Source of the DNA: Salinispira sp.
Lineage (GTDB): Bacteria > Spirochaetota > Spirochaetia > DSM-27196 > Salinispiraceae
NCBI GenBank assembly: GCA_965602015.1
Contig: OZ271918.1
Location: forward strand, 224,001 to 288,000
DNA: 64,000 nucleotides
Reading direction: 5' to 3'
Part shown: positions 1-11,700 of the stretch, in pieces
Numbering within the stretch: the first letter of the stretch is position 1
How the letters are laid out: each line of letters starts with the position of its first letter
The notes under the pieces: generated by a model
What the model saw: only the letters and a program-made list of their open reading frames with translations
Databases searched by the model: none
Told to the model about the DNA's origin: nothing
Position numbers and translations under genes: made by a program

Positions 1-669
1 CTCCGCAAGCGCATCGCCGAGAAACTGGTTGAGAGCAAACAGACTTCCGCCCATTTGACGACGTTCAACGAGGTCGACATGAAGGCTGTAATGGATATAC
101 GGAAGGCGTACAAGGAGAGTTTTGAGAAAAAACACGGGGTGCGCCTGGGCTTTATGAGCTTCTTCCTCAAGGCGGCGGTAAAGGCCCTCCAGGAATATCC
201 CGAGGTGAACGCCTTCGTAGACGGCACCGATGTCATCTACAATGATTTTTACGACATCGGTGTTGCCCTGTCATCAGACCGGGGGCTTATGACCCCGGTT
301 GTCCGGGATGTAGACCATCTGGGATTTGCAGACATCGAATCGACCATCATGGACTTTATTCAGCGTGCCCAGAAGAAAAAAATTATGCCCGACGAGCTGA
401 TGGGCGGGACATTCACCATCTCAAACGGCGGGGTGTTCGGCTCCATGCTTTCCACGCCCATACCAAATCCGCCGCAAACCGCGGTGCTGGGAATGCACAG
501 CATCCAGCAAAGGCCGGTGGTACGCGACGGCGAAATCGTCATCCGTCCCATGATGTATCTGGCGCTTACCTATGACCATCGGATTCTCGACGGACGGGAA
601 GCAATTGGCTTTCTCAAGAGCATTAAGGATGCGGTGGAGGATCCCAACAGCCTGCTGTTGGATGTATGA
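1..669 (+). CDS. sucB: 2-oxoglutarate dehydrogenase E2 (dihydrolipoamide succinyltransferase), C-terminal part; 5' end is outside the window
   Basis: Frame is open from base 1 (LRKRIAEKL...[10 protein letters not shown]); motifs [14 protein letters not shown] and [14 protein letters not shown]; followed by lpdA. Confidence 0.93.
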   Translation, partial: LRKRIAEKLVESKQTSAHLTTFNEVDMKAVMDIRKAYKESFEKKHGVRLGFMSFFLKAAVKALQEYPEVNAFVDGTDVIYNDFYDIGVALSSDRGLMTPVVRDVDHLGFADIESTIMDFIQRAQKKKIMPDELMGGTFTISNGGVFGSMLSTPIPNPPQTAVLGMHSIQQRPVVRDGEIVIRPMMYLALTYDHRILDGREAIGFLKSIKDAVEDPNSLLLDV

Positions 670-695
670 GCCTGCACTGAGCTGAGGATAGAAAA

Positions 696-2189
696 ATGAG
701 CGACGAAAAAAACTTCGATCTGATAGTAATCGGCGCGGGCCCCGGCGGGTATGTGGCTGCCATCAGGGCGGCCCAGCTCGGCATGAGTGTGGCGTTGGTC
801 GAAAAGATGGAGAGTCTCGGGGGAACCTGCCTCAATGTCGGGTGCATCCCTTCCAAGGCCCTGCTCGATTCTTCGGGCCATTTCCACAGCGTTCAGCACC
901 GCATTGCTGAGCACGGTATTTTGGTGAAGGCCGCTGACGTGAACATGGAGACCATGATCGGACGCAAGGCCGCTGTGGTAAAAAAGCTGACCGACGGGGT
1001 CGCCGGTCTTATCAAGGGACGCAAGGTCAGCCGCCACCAGGGAATCGGCATTCTCCGTCCGGGCGACGGTAAGCATCGGGTGGAAGTGTATGACAACCCG
1101 CTCCCGTTATGGGAGCGTTCAATCGGCGGCCTTGACCAGGCAGCTCAGAAGTCCGACAGTGAAGCGGCATCAGCAAAGCCCCTAGAGGTTTTGTTGGCGA
1201 AAAACGTGATTTTGGCCACCGGCAGTCAACCCGTGGAGCTGCCCTTTATACCTTTCAACGGTAAGTCGGTCATCTCATCCACCGGAGCCTTAAGCCTTAT
1301 CGACATACCCAAATCCATGGCGATTATCGGAGCCGGCGCTATCGGGCTGGAAATGGCCCAGGTGTGGGCTTCACTGGGGGCAAAGGTGACGGTCATCGAA
1401 ATGATGAAGCAGATCCTTCCCGGCTGGGATTCCCAGATCGCCAAAACCCTCATGAAGGAGTTCAAGGAACTCGGGGTGGAATTTCTGCTTGATAATTCGG
1501 TGAAATCCGCAAAGGTTTTGAAAACCGGGGTAAAATTGAGTCTTGAGAAGGATCCCGGAGAACTAAAGGTCGACAAGGTACTGGTAGCCGTCGGTCGTCG
1601 GCCCGCCCTTGACAGCGCAGGTATTCCGGAAGCCGGCATCAAACTCAGCGAGGACCGCCGGCGGATTGCCGTGGATTCGGACTACCGGACATCGGTGCCC
1701 GGGGTCTACGCAATCGGCGATCTGGTTCCCGGTCCCATGCTGGCCCACAAGGCTGAAGACGAGGCTGTGGTCTGCGTCGAACGCATGAACGATATACCCG
1801 CGCACCTGGATTATGACGCGGTCCCCGGGGTCGTCTATACCCATCCGGAAGGCGCAACCGTCGGCTGGAGCGAGGAACGGCTCAAGGAAGCGGGGATGGA
1901 GTATAACAAGGGGAACTTTCCCTTGGCAGCCAACGGCCGGGCCCTGGCCCTTGGCAGCAGCGGGGGGTTCGTAAAAATTCTCGCCGATAAAACTACCGAC
2001 CGCATTCTCGGCGCCCACATCGTCGGCCCCTGGGCAAGCGACCTAATCGCTGAGATTGTCGCGGTCATGGAAATGAAGGGAAGTGCCGAAGATATCGCGC
2101 GCATCGTGCACGCCCATCCGACCCTCCCCGAAGCGGTGAAGGAAGCCGCCCTCGGGGTTCACGGACGAAGCATACACTCGCTGCGCTGA
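696..2189 (+). CDS. lpdA: Dihydrolipoamide dehydrogenase (E3)
   Basis: GAGPGG FAD motif, GGTCLNVGCIPSK redox disulfide, GAGAIG NAD motif, HAHPTLPE. Confidence 0.95.
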   Translation: MSDEKNFDLIVIGAGPGGYVAAIRAAQLGMSVALVEKMESLGGTCLNVGCIPSKALLDSSGHFHSVQHRIAEHGILVKAADVNMETMIGRKAAVVKKLTDGVAGLIKGRKVSRHQGIGILRPGDGKHRVEVYDNPLPLWERSIGGLDQAAQKSDSEAASAKPLEVLLAKNVILATGSQPVELPFIPFNGKSVISSTGALSLIDIPKSMAIIGAGAIGLEMAQVWASLGAKVTVIEMMKQILPGWDSQIAKTLMKEFKELGVEFLLDNSVKSAKVLKTGVKLSLEKDPGELKVDKVLVAVGRRPALDSAGIPEAGIKLSEDRRRIAVDSDYRTSVPGVYAIGDLVPGPMLAHKAEDEAVVCVERMNDIPAHLDYDAVPGVVYTHPEGATVGWSEERLKEAGMEYNKGNFPLAANGRALALGSSGGFVKILADKTTDRILGAHIVGPWASDLIAEIVAVMEMKGSAEDIARIVHAHPTLPEAVKEAALGVHGRSIHSLR

Positions 2190-2256
2190 CCGGCAATACC
2201 GCATACGCGGGCGGCTGAGACGGGGCAGTAATCAGTACATACACTCGGAGGATAGA

Positions 2257-3399
2257 ATGGCAACAGTTGAGTATTCAAAAGGTCTTGAGGGGGTGGTGGC
2301 CGCCGAAAGTTCCATATGCCGGATTGACGGTCAAAACGGGGAATTGTATTACCGGGGGTACCCCATCTCTTCCCTGGCCCGAAAGGTCAGTTTTGAAGAG
2401 GTGATATATCTCCTGCTGTACGGCGATCTGCCGAACAAGGCGGAGTACGAGAAATTTCATTTGAAGGTGCGGAGCCAACGGGACATTAACCCCTCAATTC
2501 TGGAGATGATCAAGAACTTCCCCAAGGATAGCCATCCAATGGAGCTTCTCCAGTCGAGCATCGCCTACCTGAGCGCATACATCGATCACCGGATTGTTCA
2601 CTCCGCCACCTGCCACTGTACATCCACCCTGCATCAGGTTACACAGTTGGCGACGGTTGTCGCGGCCTTTCACCGAATCACAAACGGTCTCGAGTACGTG
2701 GCGCCCCGGAAGGATTTGAGTTTCGGTGCGAATTTTCTGTATATGCTGCGTGGCGAGGAGCCGGGAGAACTCGAGGGGAAGGTCATGGATGCCTGCTTTA
2801 CCCTGCATGCGGAGCATCATTTTAACGCGTCGACGTTCACCGCCAGGGTAGTGGCTTCCACCAACTCAACCTGCTACAGCAGCATTTCCGCAGCAATCGG
2901 AGCGCTCTACGGAAGTCTTCACGGCGGGGCTAATGAAAAAGTAATGAATATGGTCGATGATATCGGCAGTCCCGAGAATGCCGAAGCCTGGGTAAATAAC
3001 GCCCTGGCGAATAAACAGAAAATCATGGGAATGGGCCACCGGGTCTACAAGGCGAAGGATCCCAGGTCGGTAATCATGGAAGACTTTCTCGAGACCCTCT
3101 CAAAGGAAAAGGGCGACGACAGCAATCTTCGCATCCTCAAAACCGTGGAGCGGGTTGCCGGAGCCCACATGAAGGAAAAAGACAAAGACGTCTATCCGAA
3201 TGTGGATTTCTTCTCTGGCGCAGTATACGGACTCCTTGGAATTCCCAAGAAGCTCTACACGCCGATTTTTGCTGCCTCCCGGGTAGCCGGCTGGCTTGCC
3301 CATATTCTCGAACAGAGGGAAGACAACCGGCTCTACCGCCCCACGGCGATATACACCGGCCCGGAAGGAAAGAAGGTGGTTCCCCTGTCGGAACGCTGA
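2257..3399 (+). CDS. gltA: Citrate synthase (or 2-methylcitrate synthase-type)
   Basis: KGLEGV, HAEH-NASTF, LHGGANE, MGMGHRVYK-DPR, YPNVDFFSG; GGAG ribosome-binding site upstream. Confidence 0.9.
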   Translation: MATVEYSKGLEGVVAAESSICRIDGQNGELYYRGYPISSLARKVSFEEVIYLLLYGDLPNKAEYEKFHLKVRSQRDINPSILEMIKNFPKDSHPMELLQSSIAYLSAYIDHRIVHSATCHCTSTLHQVTQLATVVAAFHRITNGLEYVAPRKDLSFGANFLYMLRGEEPGELEGKVMDACFTLHAEHHFNASTFTARVVASTNSTCYSSISAAIGALYGSLHGGANEKVMNMVDDIGSPENAEAWVNNALANKQKIMGMGHRVYKAKDPRSVIMEDFLETLSKEKGDDSNLRILKTVERVAGAHMKEKDKDVYPNVDFFSGAVYGLLGIPKKLYTPIFAASRVAGWLAHILEQREDNRLYRPTAIYTGPEGKKVVPLSER

Positions 3400-3435
3400 A
3401 ACCACTATGGCACTCGCCACTTTTGGCGTCTTGGT

Positions 3436-4419
3436 CTATTTCAACCAGCGGAGGACGTATTTCCACACTCCATACCATACAATCGACCGGGTCAATGATT
3501 TGATCATTGCCCGGTTTTTTTTATCTCCGATTGCTTGGCTCCCCGCGGTGCTCTCATTGATTTCTTGGCGGACCGGAGGGCGAAATCCTTCGGACAGCAT
3601 TGAGAAGCTCATATAGGAGGGTGAAAGGGCCCCCTCCGGACAGCCGTAAAGACAGCGCATGCATAACACGCAACTGTCGGAAAAAACGGGAAAGCTCGAT
3701 TCCTCCATGGATATGTTTCCTACAGGACAGCTTCTCGAGCACCAGCCGCAGGAACTGCAGCTGTGATTAACCTCGATGCCTCTGCCAAAGCGGCTTGCCC
3801 CCCGCTGCTCAAGTGAAGCCAGCCAACTGACCGCCGCCGAGCCCGCCGCGAAGCCGCTTCGCCGGCGGGTGCCGTTGTGTATTTCCCGGGCAATGGTGGC
3901 GATATGGCGGTAAGCGGCGGTGAGGATGAAGGGCACCAGTTTAGGTGGAGTTGATACCGTCCAATTGGACGGCATCACCAGCATATCCTCGTAGTCCACT
4001 TCGAATCCTCTGAGCTCCAGGCCGCGTATGACCCGACGGCGGCAGTCATTATTCGGCCACAGGGCCCCCCCGGCTGAGACTGACAGTACTGCGGCTAGTA
4101 CCGGTTTTGTCTCCTGCCGGCCATCCGCATCAGGCCATGGGGCGGAGGGATGTTCCAGGCTTTCCACCCAGCGGCGCACCGGAGCCGGCGGCCCGCCGGC
4201 GTATACGGGATACATTAGAATCAGTCGGTTGCAATTCTTGGGAAGGACTATTTCATCAATGCTTTGGACCGACTTTTCGCTTCTCCCATATGCGCTGAGG
4301 TCCAGGGGGATGAGTCGGCAGCAAGCGCTGCCCTCCGCCGCCTGGATTCTGTCGGCCAACAGCCTGGCGCAGTATGCAGTCCCCCCGGTGCCGCTGAAAT
4401 AGGCGACGGCGCCGATCAC
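3436..4419 (-). CDS. EFR1-family flavodoxin-like/ferredoxin protein
   Basis: YFSGTG N-terminus, YPVY, two CxxCxxCxxxCP 4Fe-4S motifs; GTG start at 4419 overlapping the GNAT stop (GTGA) is preferred over the longer ORF call. Confidence 0.8.
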   Translation of the reverse strand: MIGAVAYFSGTGGTAYCARLLADRIQAAEGSACCRLIPLDLSAYGRSEKSVQSIDEIVLPKNCNRLILMYPVYAGGPPAPVRRWVESLEHPSAPWPDADGRQETKPVLAAVLSVSAGGALWPNNDCRRRVIRGLELRGFEVDYEDMLVMPSNWTVSTPPKLVPFILTAAYRHIATIAREIHNGTRRRSGFAAGSAAVSWLASLEQRGASRFGRGIEVNHSCSSCGWCSRSCPVGNISMEESSFPVFSDSCVLCMRCLYGCPEGALSPSYMSFSMLSEGFRPPVRQEINESTAGSQAIGDKKNRAMIKSLTRSIVWYGVWKYVLRWLK

Positions 4420-4988
4420 AGGTATTTCTCCACCCAGCTGACCTCGCTGATTCGGTACCCCTCCCGGACGTACATTGCCCGTGCCGCCGCATTTTCCAAG
4501 CCAGTGAGGCATGCGATATATAGCGCTCCCCGCTCCCGTGCCCAGGATTCAATTGTTGTGAGAAGACCGCTGCCGATGCCCCGCCCGCGGGCATTCCGGG
4601 CAACATGCAGTTCATTGAGCCAGAGGTACTCGCCGCCGGATTCCAGGCCGCAGCAGCAGTTCGCGAAGGCGAAGCCCAACAGTGTCGACTGATTCACAAG
4701 TTCCGCGGCCCCGGGATCCGGGGCCTTCGGGTCCAAATACTCCGACGGAATATCCTCTAAAGCGAAGGCGAAAAGCGGGTCCGCTCCCCCCGCTTCCGCC
4801 GATCGGCGTACCGCAGCCACGCGCCGTTCCGCCTCGGACTCGGACGGACCATTAGTATCGGTTTGCAATTGTGCGCAGATCAATTGCGTTAGAGCTGCGG
4901 GAGTAAACTCAAGTTCCGATGCCCGGGCGGTAATAAAAACCGGCGCAGATCCCCGGCTATTAACTGACTGCTTCGATAAACTTTTCAT
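4416..4988 (-). CDS. GNAT-family N-acetyltransferase
   Basis: ELHV..ARGRGIGSGLL and N..ARAMY...GY acetyl-CoA-binding motifs. Confidence 0.8.
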   Translation of the reverse strand: MKSLSKQSVNSRGSAPVFITARASELEFTPAALTQLICAQLQTDTNGPSESEAERRVAAVRRSAEAGGADPLFAFALEDIPSEYLDPKAPDPGAAELVNQSTLLGFAFANCCCGLESGGEYLWLNELHVARNARGRGIGSGLLTTIESWARERGALYIACLTGLENAAARAMYVREGYRISEVSWVEKYL

Positions 4989-5109
4989 TGAGATATCCCG
5001 TTAGTCATATTATACATAGTATACCGGACCGGGCAGGACCGGCGACAAGCAATCCGGGCGGGAAACCAAGCCCGACGATCTAATACCACACACAATATCT
5101 GGAGAAAAC

Positions 5110-6498
5110 ATGGCAGAATACCGTAGCGAATCAGACAGCATGGGGCAAATCAATCTTCCGTCGTGGGCGTATTGGGGAGCGCAGACCCAGCGGGCTGTGG
5201 AAAATTTCAAAATTTCTGGCATACCCCTCCCGCTTCCGATGATCAGGTCCATCGCCCTCATAAAGAAGAATGCAGCCATTGCCAACATGAAGCTGGGGCT
5301 GGTTGAGAAGCATCTCGGCGATGCGGTGGTCCAGGCCGCAGAAGAAGTAATCAAGGGTAAGTGGGACGAACACTTTCCCATCGACGTCTTCCAGACCGGA
5401 AGCGGCACCAGTAGCAATATGAACACCAATGAAGTGATTTCAAACAGGGCCAACGAGATCCTTGGAGAGCCCATCGGCAAACGGCATCCGGTGCATCCCA
5501 ATGATCACGTAAACCGGGGACAGAGCTCTAACGACGTGATTCCGACGGCGGTTCATATCTCCAATCGCATTGAAGCGGAGCAGCTGGTGCAGGCCATCGA
5601 CGACCTGGCCGCTGCTTTTCGTGAAAAGGAACGGGAGTTCGAAGGAGTCATAAAACTCGGGCGCACCCATCTGCAGGACGCCGTACCCATGACCCTCGGT
5701 CAGGAGTTTTCCGCCTATGCGGTCCAAATGGAAAAATGCGCTGCCCGACTTCGGGGGACCTTTGGAAACCTCGAGGAGCTGCCATTGGGAGGAACGGCAA
5801 TCGGCACGGGACTGAACACTCACCCCGACTTTTCAGCCCTGGCGGTGGAAGGCATCGCAAAGGACAGCGGTATTCCCTTCCGTCCGGCCAGGAATCTGTT
5901 TGAGGGCATTGCCGCCCGGGATGCCCAGGTTGAGTTTATGGGCGCGGTAAACGTGCTCGCCACTGCCCTGATGAAAATCGGCAATGACCTGCGCATACTG
6001 GCCAGCGGCCCCCGGGGCGCTTTGGGAGAAATCGTCCTGCCTAGCCTCCAGCCCGGGTCTTCCATTATGCCCGGCAAGGTGAATCCGGTTATTCCGGAGA
6101 TGCTGATACAGGTTGCCGCCCACATTCATGGAAAAGTGCTGTCGGTTACCATGGGGGGGCAAAATTCCCCCCTTGAGCTGAATATGATGAATCCCCTCAT
6201 CGCGTATGAGGTATTGGGTTCCATTGAAATACTGACCAATGCAATTCGCACCCTTGCGGATAAGGCTGTCAGGGGAACCACAGCGGATGTGGATCGCTGC
6301 CGCCATTGGATCGACTGGAGCCTTGCCATGGTGACCCCCCTGGCCATCAAAATCGGTTATGACGAGGCCACCAGGCTTGCATACAAGGCGTACAAGGAAA
6401 AAAAGAAAATCCGCGAGGTCGTTCTCGAAGCTGGGGTGATGGATGCCGCCGAGCTCGATGAGGTTCTCGATCCCGTCGGGATGGTTAAAAATTCTTGA
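5110..6498 (+). CDS. fumC: Class II fumarate hydratase
   Basis: QTGSGTSSNMN, HPNDHVN, GRTHLQDA, GSSIMPGKVNP signature. Confidence 0.93.
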   Translation: MAEYRSESDSMGQINLPSWAYWGAQTQRAVENFKISGIPLPLPMIRSIALIKKNAAIANMKLGLVEKHLGDAVVQAAEEVIKGKWDEHFPIDVFQTGSGTSSNMNTNEVISNRANEILGEPIGKRHPVHPNDHVNRGQSSNDVIPTAVHISNRIEAEQLVQAIDDLAAAFREKEREFEGVIKLGRTHLQDAVPMTLGQEFSAYAVQMEKCAARLRGTFGNLEELPLGGTAIGTGLNTHPDFSALAVEGIAKDSGIPFRPARNLFEGIAARDAQVEFMGAVNVLATALMKIGNDLRILASGPRGALGEIVLPSLQPGSSIMPGKVNPVIPEMLIQVAAHIHGKVLSVTMGGQNSPLELNMMNPLIAYEVLGSIEILTNAIRTLADKAVRGTTADVDRCRHWIDWSLAMVTPLAIKIGYDEATRLAYKAYKEKKKIREVVLEAGVMDAAELDEVLDPVGMVKNS

Positions 6499-6546
6499 GA
6501 AAACGCTCCGCAGCGTTTAAGCTGAAAGCAGAAGGGACGGTAATAC

Positions 6547-7227
6547 ATGAAACACTTGAATCAGACAGATCCGGCATACATCTCCGCGATGACGGAGTTT
6601 ATGGAAGGCGATTGGCAAGCCGCTGAAAAATCCTTTTTGGGTTTGAAGGAGCAGTATCCCGAGAGCAGCTTTATCCGGCTCACCCTGGGGAATATCTATT
6701 ATTCCATGGGTCGCTTGAACAAGAGCATAGAGTTTTATGAAGAAGCCCTTGAAATCGAACCTGAATGGGGAGTCGCCTACTATAAAATCGGCGTGACCTA
6801 TTTCCGGGCGGGAAAACTGGTTAAATCACTGGCGGCATTTAACAAGGTGTTGGATTTAAAGAACCAGAGCCACGCCATGGCTTCCTACTTTGTCGGACTT
6901 ATCAACTTTTTTTTGGGCCGTGACGAGGTCTCCGATACGGCCTTCACGAATTTTCATGAAATAGCTCCGGAATCCATGATTGCGAACTATTTTCTCGCCG
7001 AGATCAAAATAAAAAAGAACCATTTTAATGAGGCCATTGCCCTTCTTGAAGAGCTTCTCGAGGAGACCCCGAAGCTCGCCGAGGCATGGTATATGCTCGG
7101 CCAGTCATACTACGGTCTGCATCGCAACACCGATGCCATCAAAGCCTTCAGAAAGGTCCTGGAAATTAACCCAGAGGATTCCCGGGCGAAGACAAAGCTC
7201 ACGCTTATGACTGATGTCGAATGGTGA
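6547..7227 (+). CDS. Tetratricopeptide-repeat protein
   Basis: Repeated TPR patterns (LGNIYY..G..A, AWYMLG..Y..A..AF..VL.INP). Confidence 0.8.
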   Translation: MKHLNQTDPAYISAMTEFMEGDWQAAEKSFLGLKEQYPESSFIRLTLGNIYYSMGRLNKSIEFYEEALEIEPEWGVAYYKIGVTYFRAGKLVKSLAAFNKVLDLKNQSHAMASYFVGLINFFLGRDEVSDTAFTNFHEIAPESMIANYFLAEIKIKKNHFNEAIALLEELLEETPKLAEAWYMLGQSYYGLHRNTDAIKAFRKVLEINPEDSRAKTKLTLMTDVEW

Positions 7228-7266
7228 TCCGTTAAGCCCCGGATTCGGGGCCTGAGGAGATAAATC

Positions 7267-8595
7267 ATGCTGTCTATCCTTCATATCGATCGGTCCAAGT
7301 TCTTTCAAAAAATCGTGCGGGACATCATTTCCGCCAACGGACTGAGTTACAGCTCATGCACCACCAAAAGCGAAGCTTTGAACATTCTGGAAAGCATGAA
7401 TGTCGATCTGATAATCACCGGCCTGGAACTGGATGACGGCAGCGGCGAAGATTTTGTGGAGGAAGTAAACCGCAGCAGATTCAGGACTATTCCGGTAATC
7501 GTGGTGACCGCAACCGAAAGCCTAAAGCTCCGCCAGCGGCTGTTCACCCTCGGCGTCGTGGACTACATGCTCAAAAAGGATATGAACACCGAGCGGCTTT
7601 CCAGTTATATCCAGACCTTTGTGCGGGGAGATGAACTTCTCTCGGATCTCAGGAGGTTGCGCTTCGCAATTGTGGACGACAGCCAGGTCGGCCTCAATAT
7701 CGTGCAGAATATTTTTCACCTCAACTCGGTCAGGCAGGCCCGGTTCTTCTCCAGCCCCCGGGAGCTGCTGGCCGAGGAGAATCCCTATGATGTGTTCCTG
7801 GTAGACCTGGTTCTACCGGAAATGTCCGGCGAGGAATTGATAATCGAGCTTCGGCGGCGCTATCCGAATGCCATTATCATCGCCATGTCGAGTATCTCAA
7901 ACACCAAAACCATATCAAATGTTCTCCTTTCGGGTGCCGACGATTACCTTATCAAACCCTTCGACGCAATGATTTTTATGGCCCGGATAAAAACGAATGT
8001 TCGGGTCTATACCCTCATGCGCGATCTGCAGGAGAAAAAGGCGGTCCTTCAGCAGATGGCCGATTACGACGGTCTTACGGAAGTGTTTACTCACCGCAAA
8101 ATTGTCTCCTATCTCTCCCAGCAGCTTGCGGAGCCACCATCTGACGGCGCGGCTCATCCTGCCGGCCCGGCTCATCCTGACGGCGGGGTAATCACCGCCA
8201 CCATTCTGTTCGACCTGGATAACTTCAAAGCGGTGAACGACAACTACGGACATCAGCTGGGCGATGAAGTGCTGAAGCGTTTTGCCGCCATTTTGAAGAC
8301 CCATATAAACTCCCGGGGAGCCGCCGGACGGTACGGGGGCGAGGAATTCCTGGCGGTCGTCAAGGTTTCCGGAGAGGATGAGGCCCGGGACATACTCACC
8401 CGGCTGTATGAGGAACTGCACCTCGTTCGGTTTGAACAGGACGATATTAAGCTTCGCTGCAGCGCCGGCGTTTCCCTGGCGTTGTGGGGCAACCCGCAGA
8501 AGCAGCTCCACCTCGCTGATATGGCGCTGTACAAGGCAAAACGGGACGGTAAAGACCGCTTTGAATTTGCGGCGGAAGGTCTGGACCCGCAGTAG
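7267..8595 (+). CDS. Response-regulator diguanylate cyclase (REC-REC-GGDEF)
   Basis: Degenerate first REC; second REC with IVDD, VDLVLPEMSG and KPF; DLDNFKAVNDNYGHQLGD and RYGGEEF. Confidence 0.9.
   Translation: MLSILHIDRSKFFQKIVRDIISANGLSYSSCTTKSEALNILESMNVDLIITGLELDDGSGEDFVEEVNRSRFRTIPVIVVTATESLKLRQRLFTLGVVDYMLKKDMNTERLSSYIQTFVRGDELLSDLRRLRFAIVDDSQVGLNIVQNIFHLNSVRQARFFSSPRELLAEENPYDVFLVDLVLPEMSGEELIIELRRRYPNAIIIAMSSISNTKTISNVLLSGADDYLIKPFDAMIFMARIKTNVRVYTLMRDLQEKKAVLQQMADYDGLTEVFTHRKIVSYLSQQLAEPPSDGAAHPAGPAHPDGGVITATILFDLDNFKAVNDNYGHQLGDEVLKRFAAILKTHINSRGAAGRYGGEEFLAVVKVSGEDEARDILTRLYEELHLVRFEQDDIKLRCSAGVSLALWGNPQKQLHLADMALYKAKRDGKDRFEFAAEGLDPQ
8141..8185. repeat. In-frame 18-bp tandem repeat (about 2.5 units)
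   Basis: ctgacggcgcggctcatc / ctgccggcccggctcatc / ctgacggcg, encoding ...DGAAHPAGPAHPDGG. Confidence 0.75.
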
Positions 8596-8721
8596 CTTAC
8601 GTTGCACAGCTTTTGCCGCGCGGCTGCCACTTGGTGGCCTTGCACTGCCCGGCTGCCGCTCTTGCCCCATGCTCCTGACCTGGGTATATTCTCCCGATAA
8701 CCGCCCACCCCAGGAGTGTAC

Positions 8722-11700
8722 ATGTCATTAAATAATCTCAGCAGCTCAATACCCGAAGTCGGCACCCGCATCGGGAGATTCATCCTCGAGTCCGTAGACC
8801 GCCTTGAGGAGTATCAAAGTTTCGGGCTGCTGTTCCGAGAGGAAAACAGCGGATGCGAAATATATCATGTGGTCAATGAAGATGAAGAAAACCTCTTCAG
8901 CTATAACTTCAAAACAATTCCCGAGGACAGCAGCGGCGTAGCCCACATTCTGGAGCACACGGTTCTCTGCGGCTCGGAGAAATATCCGGTAAAAGACCCC
9001 TTTGTTATGTTGTACAAGGGAAGCATGCAGACCTTTCTCAACGCCATGACCTACCCCGACAAGACCCTGTATCCCGCAAGTTCCACGGTGCCCCGGGATC
9101 TTTTTAACCTTATGTCGGTGTATACCGACGCGGTGTTTTTTCCTCTTCTCAAGGAAGATCACTTCAGACAGGAGGGGCACCGTCTTGAGAAAAACCCCGA
9201 AGGTGAAATTGAGATAACCGGCGTGGTATACAACGAGATGAAGGCCAATTACTCAACCCACGACGACATAGCTTCTGACCATACCTTCAGGACGGTCTTT
9301 CCCGACACGCCCTACGCCTTCGATTCGGGGGGGGATCCTGCTGAGATTCCTAATCTCCGCTACTCCTACTTTCTGGATTTCCACCGCCGCTATTATCATC
9401 CGTCCAACTGCCGAATTTTTCTCTACGGAAACATTCCAAGCCGGGACTATCTCGATTTTCTTGACCGGGAGCTGTTCTCCCGCTTTTCACCTGATGCTCT
9501 CAAGAACAGGGGAGAGGTCGAAGTACCCCTTCAGAAAACCTGGGATGCCCCGAAAAGCATGGAAGTGAGCTATCCGGCTTCCGCTGATGAACCGGGAGGC
9601 GGGGCAACCTCGGTGAATCTGACCTGGCTCCTTGGGCCGGTTTCCGACCGAAAGACCGCACTGGCCGTGGAGCTGCTCAGTGATGTGCTCCTGGGAAACC
9701 CCGCCAGTCCGATCCAGAAACTGATAAATGAATCGGATCTGGGAGAAGATTTGAGCAGCACCAGCGGCTACGAGAACGAATTCCGCCAAATGCTCTTTTC
9801 CGTCGGCATGCGGGGCACCAAGCCCGAACGGGCGCAGGCCGTGGAAGATCTGATAATGGGGGGGCTGCGCGATGCAGCGGAGAATGGCATACATCCTTCC
9901 CTTCTCGAGGGCTCATTGCGCCGCTTCGAGTTCCGCAGCCGGGAGATAAAAGGCGGGGGACCCTTCGGTCTGCGCCTGCTTTCCAGGAGCATGAGGAGCT
10001 GGCTCCACGGCGAACAGCCCCGCCACAGCATGGATTTCGCTCCGGTGCTCCAAGAGGTCAAGGCGGAGCTGGAGACGAACCCCCGTTACCTTCAGGACCT
10101 CATCCGCGAGCTCCTTCTTGATAACACCCACCGCTGCCGGCTGACGGTATACCCGGACAGCAGTCAGAATGAGCGGGAATCCCGGGCAGAACGGGAAAGC
10201 GTGGACGCCAAACTTGCGGCCCTCGGCAAAGACGGCGAGAACATCGTGGGGCAATGGACCGAAGAGTTCGCCCGCTTCCAGGGCACTCCCGATACCCCGG
10301 AGGCCATTGCCAGCCTGCCGTTTCTCACGGTAGAGGACATTCCCGCCGAGGTGAGAAGCATACCCAATAGCCGTCACCGGCTCGATGCGTCCCAGCCGCT
10401 TTACTATCATGAGGTATTTACCAACGGCATCAGTTATGTGGACCTCGGATTTTCCATCAGCGACCTCCCCCCGGAGTATCAGCTCTTCGTTCCCCTGCTC
10501 ACCCACATGCTCCCCCAAATCGGGAGTACTTCGAGGTCTTACGAGGAAGTCAATCTCGACTGGGGTTTGAAGACCGGCGGTTTTTCGGCATACGGGGAAA
10601 ATTCCTCAACGGTGGAGAAAACCAATCTTCAGCACTGCTACCTCAGGCTAAAAACCCTCGATGATATGAGCGACCAGGGCATCGACCTTGTGGGGGAGGT
10701 TACCCGCAGCGCGGATTTTCAAGACCTGAAGTATCTCTGGGAGCTGTTCAGCGAGTTCCGCAACGACATGCGAAGCGGCATTGTTCAGTCGGGAACCAAC
10801 TATCCGGCCACCCGGGTGAGCCGGGCCCTCAACTCCAGGGCATATGTTGATGATATCTGGCGGGGGGTTATACAGCAGCGCTTTTTGGAGGCCCTTCACC
10901 AACTGGCAATGGCGGACCGGAGCTCGGCCATGTTGTTTCTGTCCTCCAGGCTCAGGGAGTTGGCAGACTGGATTTTCAGCTCGGATGCGTTGATTGCGAA
11001 TGTCACCTGCGAAGCCGGTCAGTTCGAGCAGCTGAGAGCCCAGGTTTCGGCCTACGCCGCTTCCCTGAGTAGTCGCTCCGCTGCAACGCTACCGGTCGCC
11101 GAGGTTCGGGGGATGCTCCCTGAGATCGGCGGGTTGCTCGACGAGGAACCCGCGGGCCGGGAGCTGATAATTCATAGTACAAAGGTCAATTTTACCGCCA
11201 TGGCGCTGAGAGCCTCTCATCTGAGGGAACGGGAGCAGGTCGCTGAACTGATTTTAGCCCATATTTTGCGCACCGGACTGCTTTGGGAGAAGATCCGTAT
11301 GGAGGGCGGTGCCTACGGCGCCTTTGCGGTGCCCGACGGGTTATCAGGGCTGTTCGTTTTCGGCAGCTACCGGGATCCGGCGATAGAAAAGAGCTGGGCG
11401 GCATATGCCGAGAGTCTTGAGATTATCGCCGCCGGCGCGCTGGATCAGCAAACTCTGGACTTGGCAAAAATTGCAATTGCTGGCAAAGAGCTTCGCCCCC
11501 TGTCGCCTGCCGAGCAGGGCCTGATAAGCTTCAAGCGGGAAAAATACGGCATCAGCGATGAACTTCGCCAGCAACGAAGAAGGTGGCTCATCGGCTGCAC
11601 CCTTGACGATGTGCTCGCCGCGGCGAAACGGCTCTCCGAGAATTGCCGGGACGCGGTTTTCGCGGTTCTCGCCGACGGCAGCGTCGCGAATGACCTGGCT

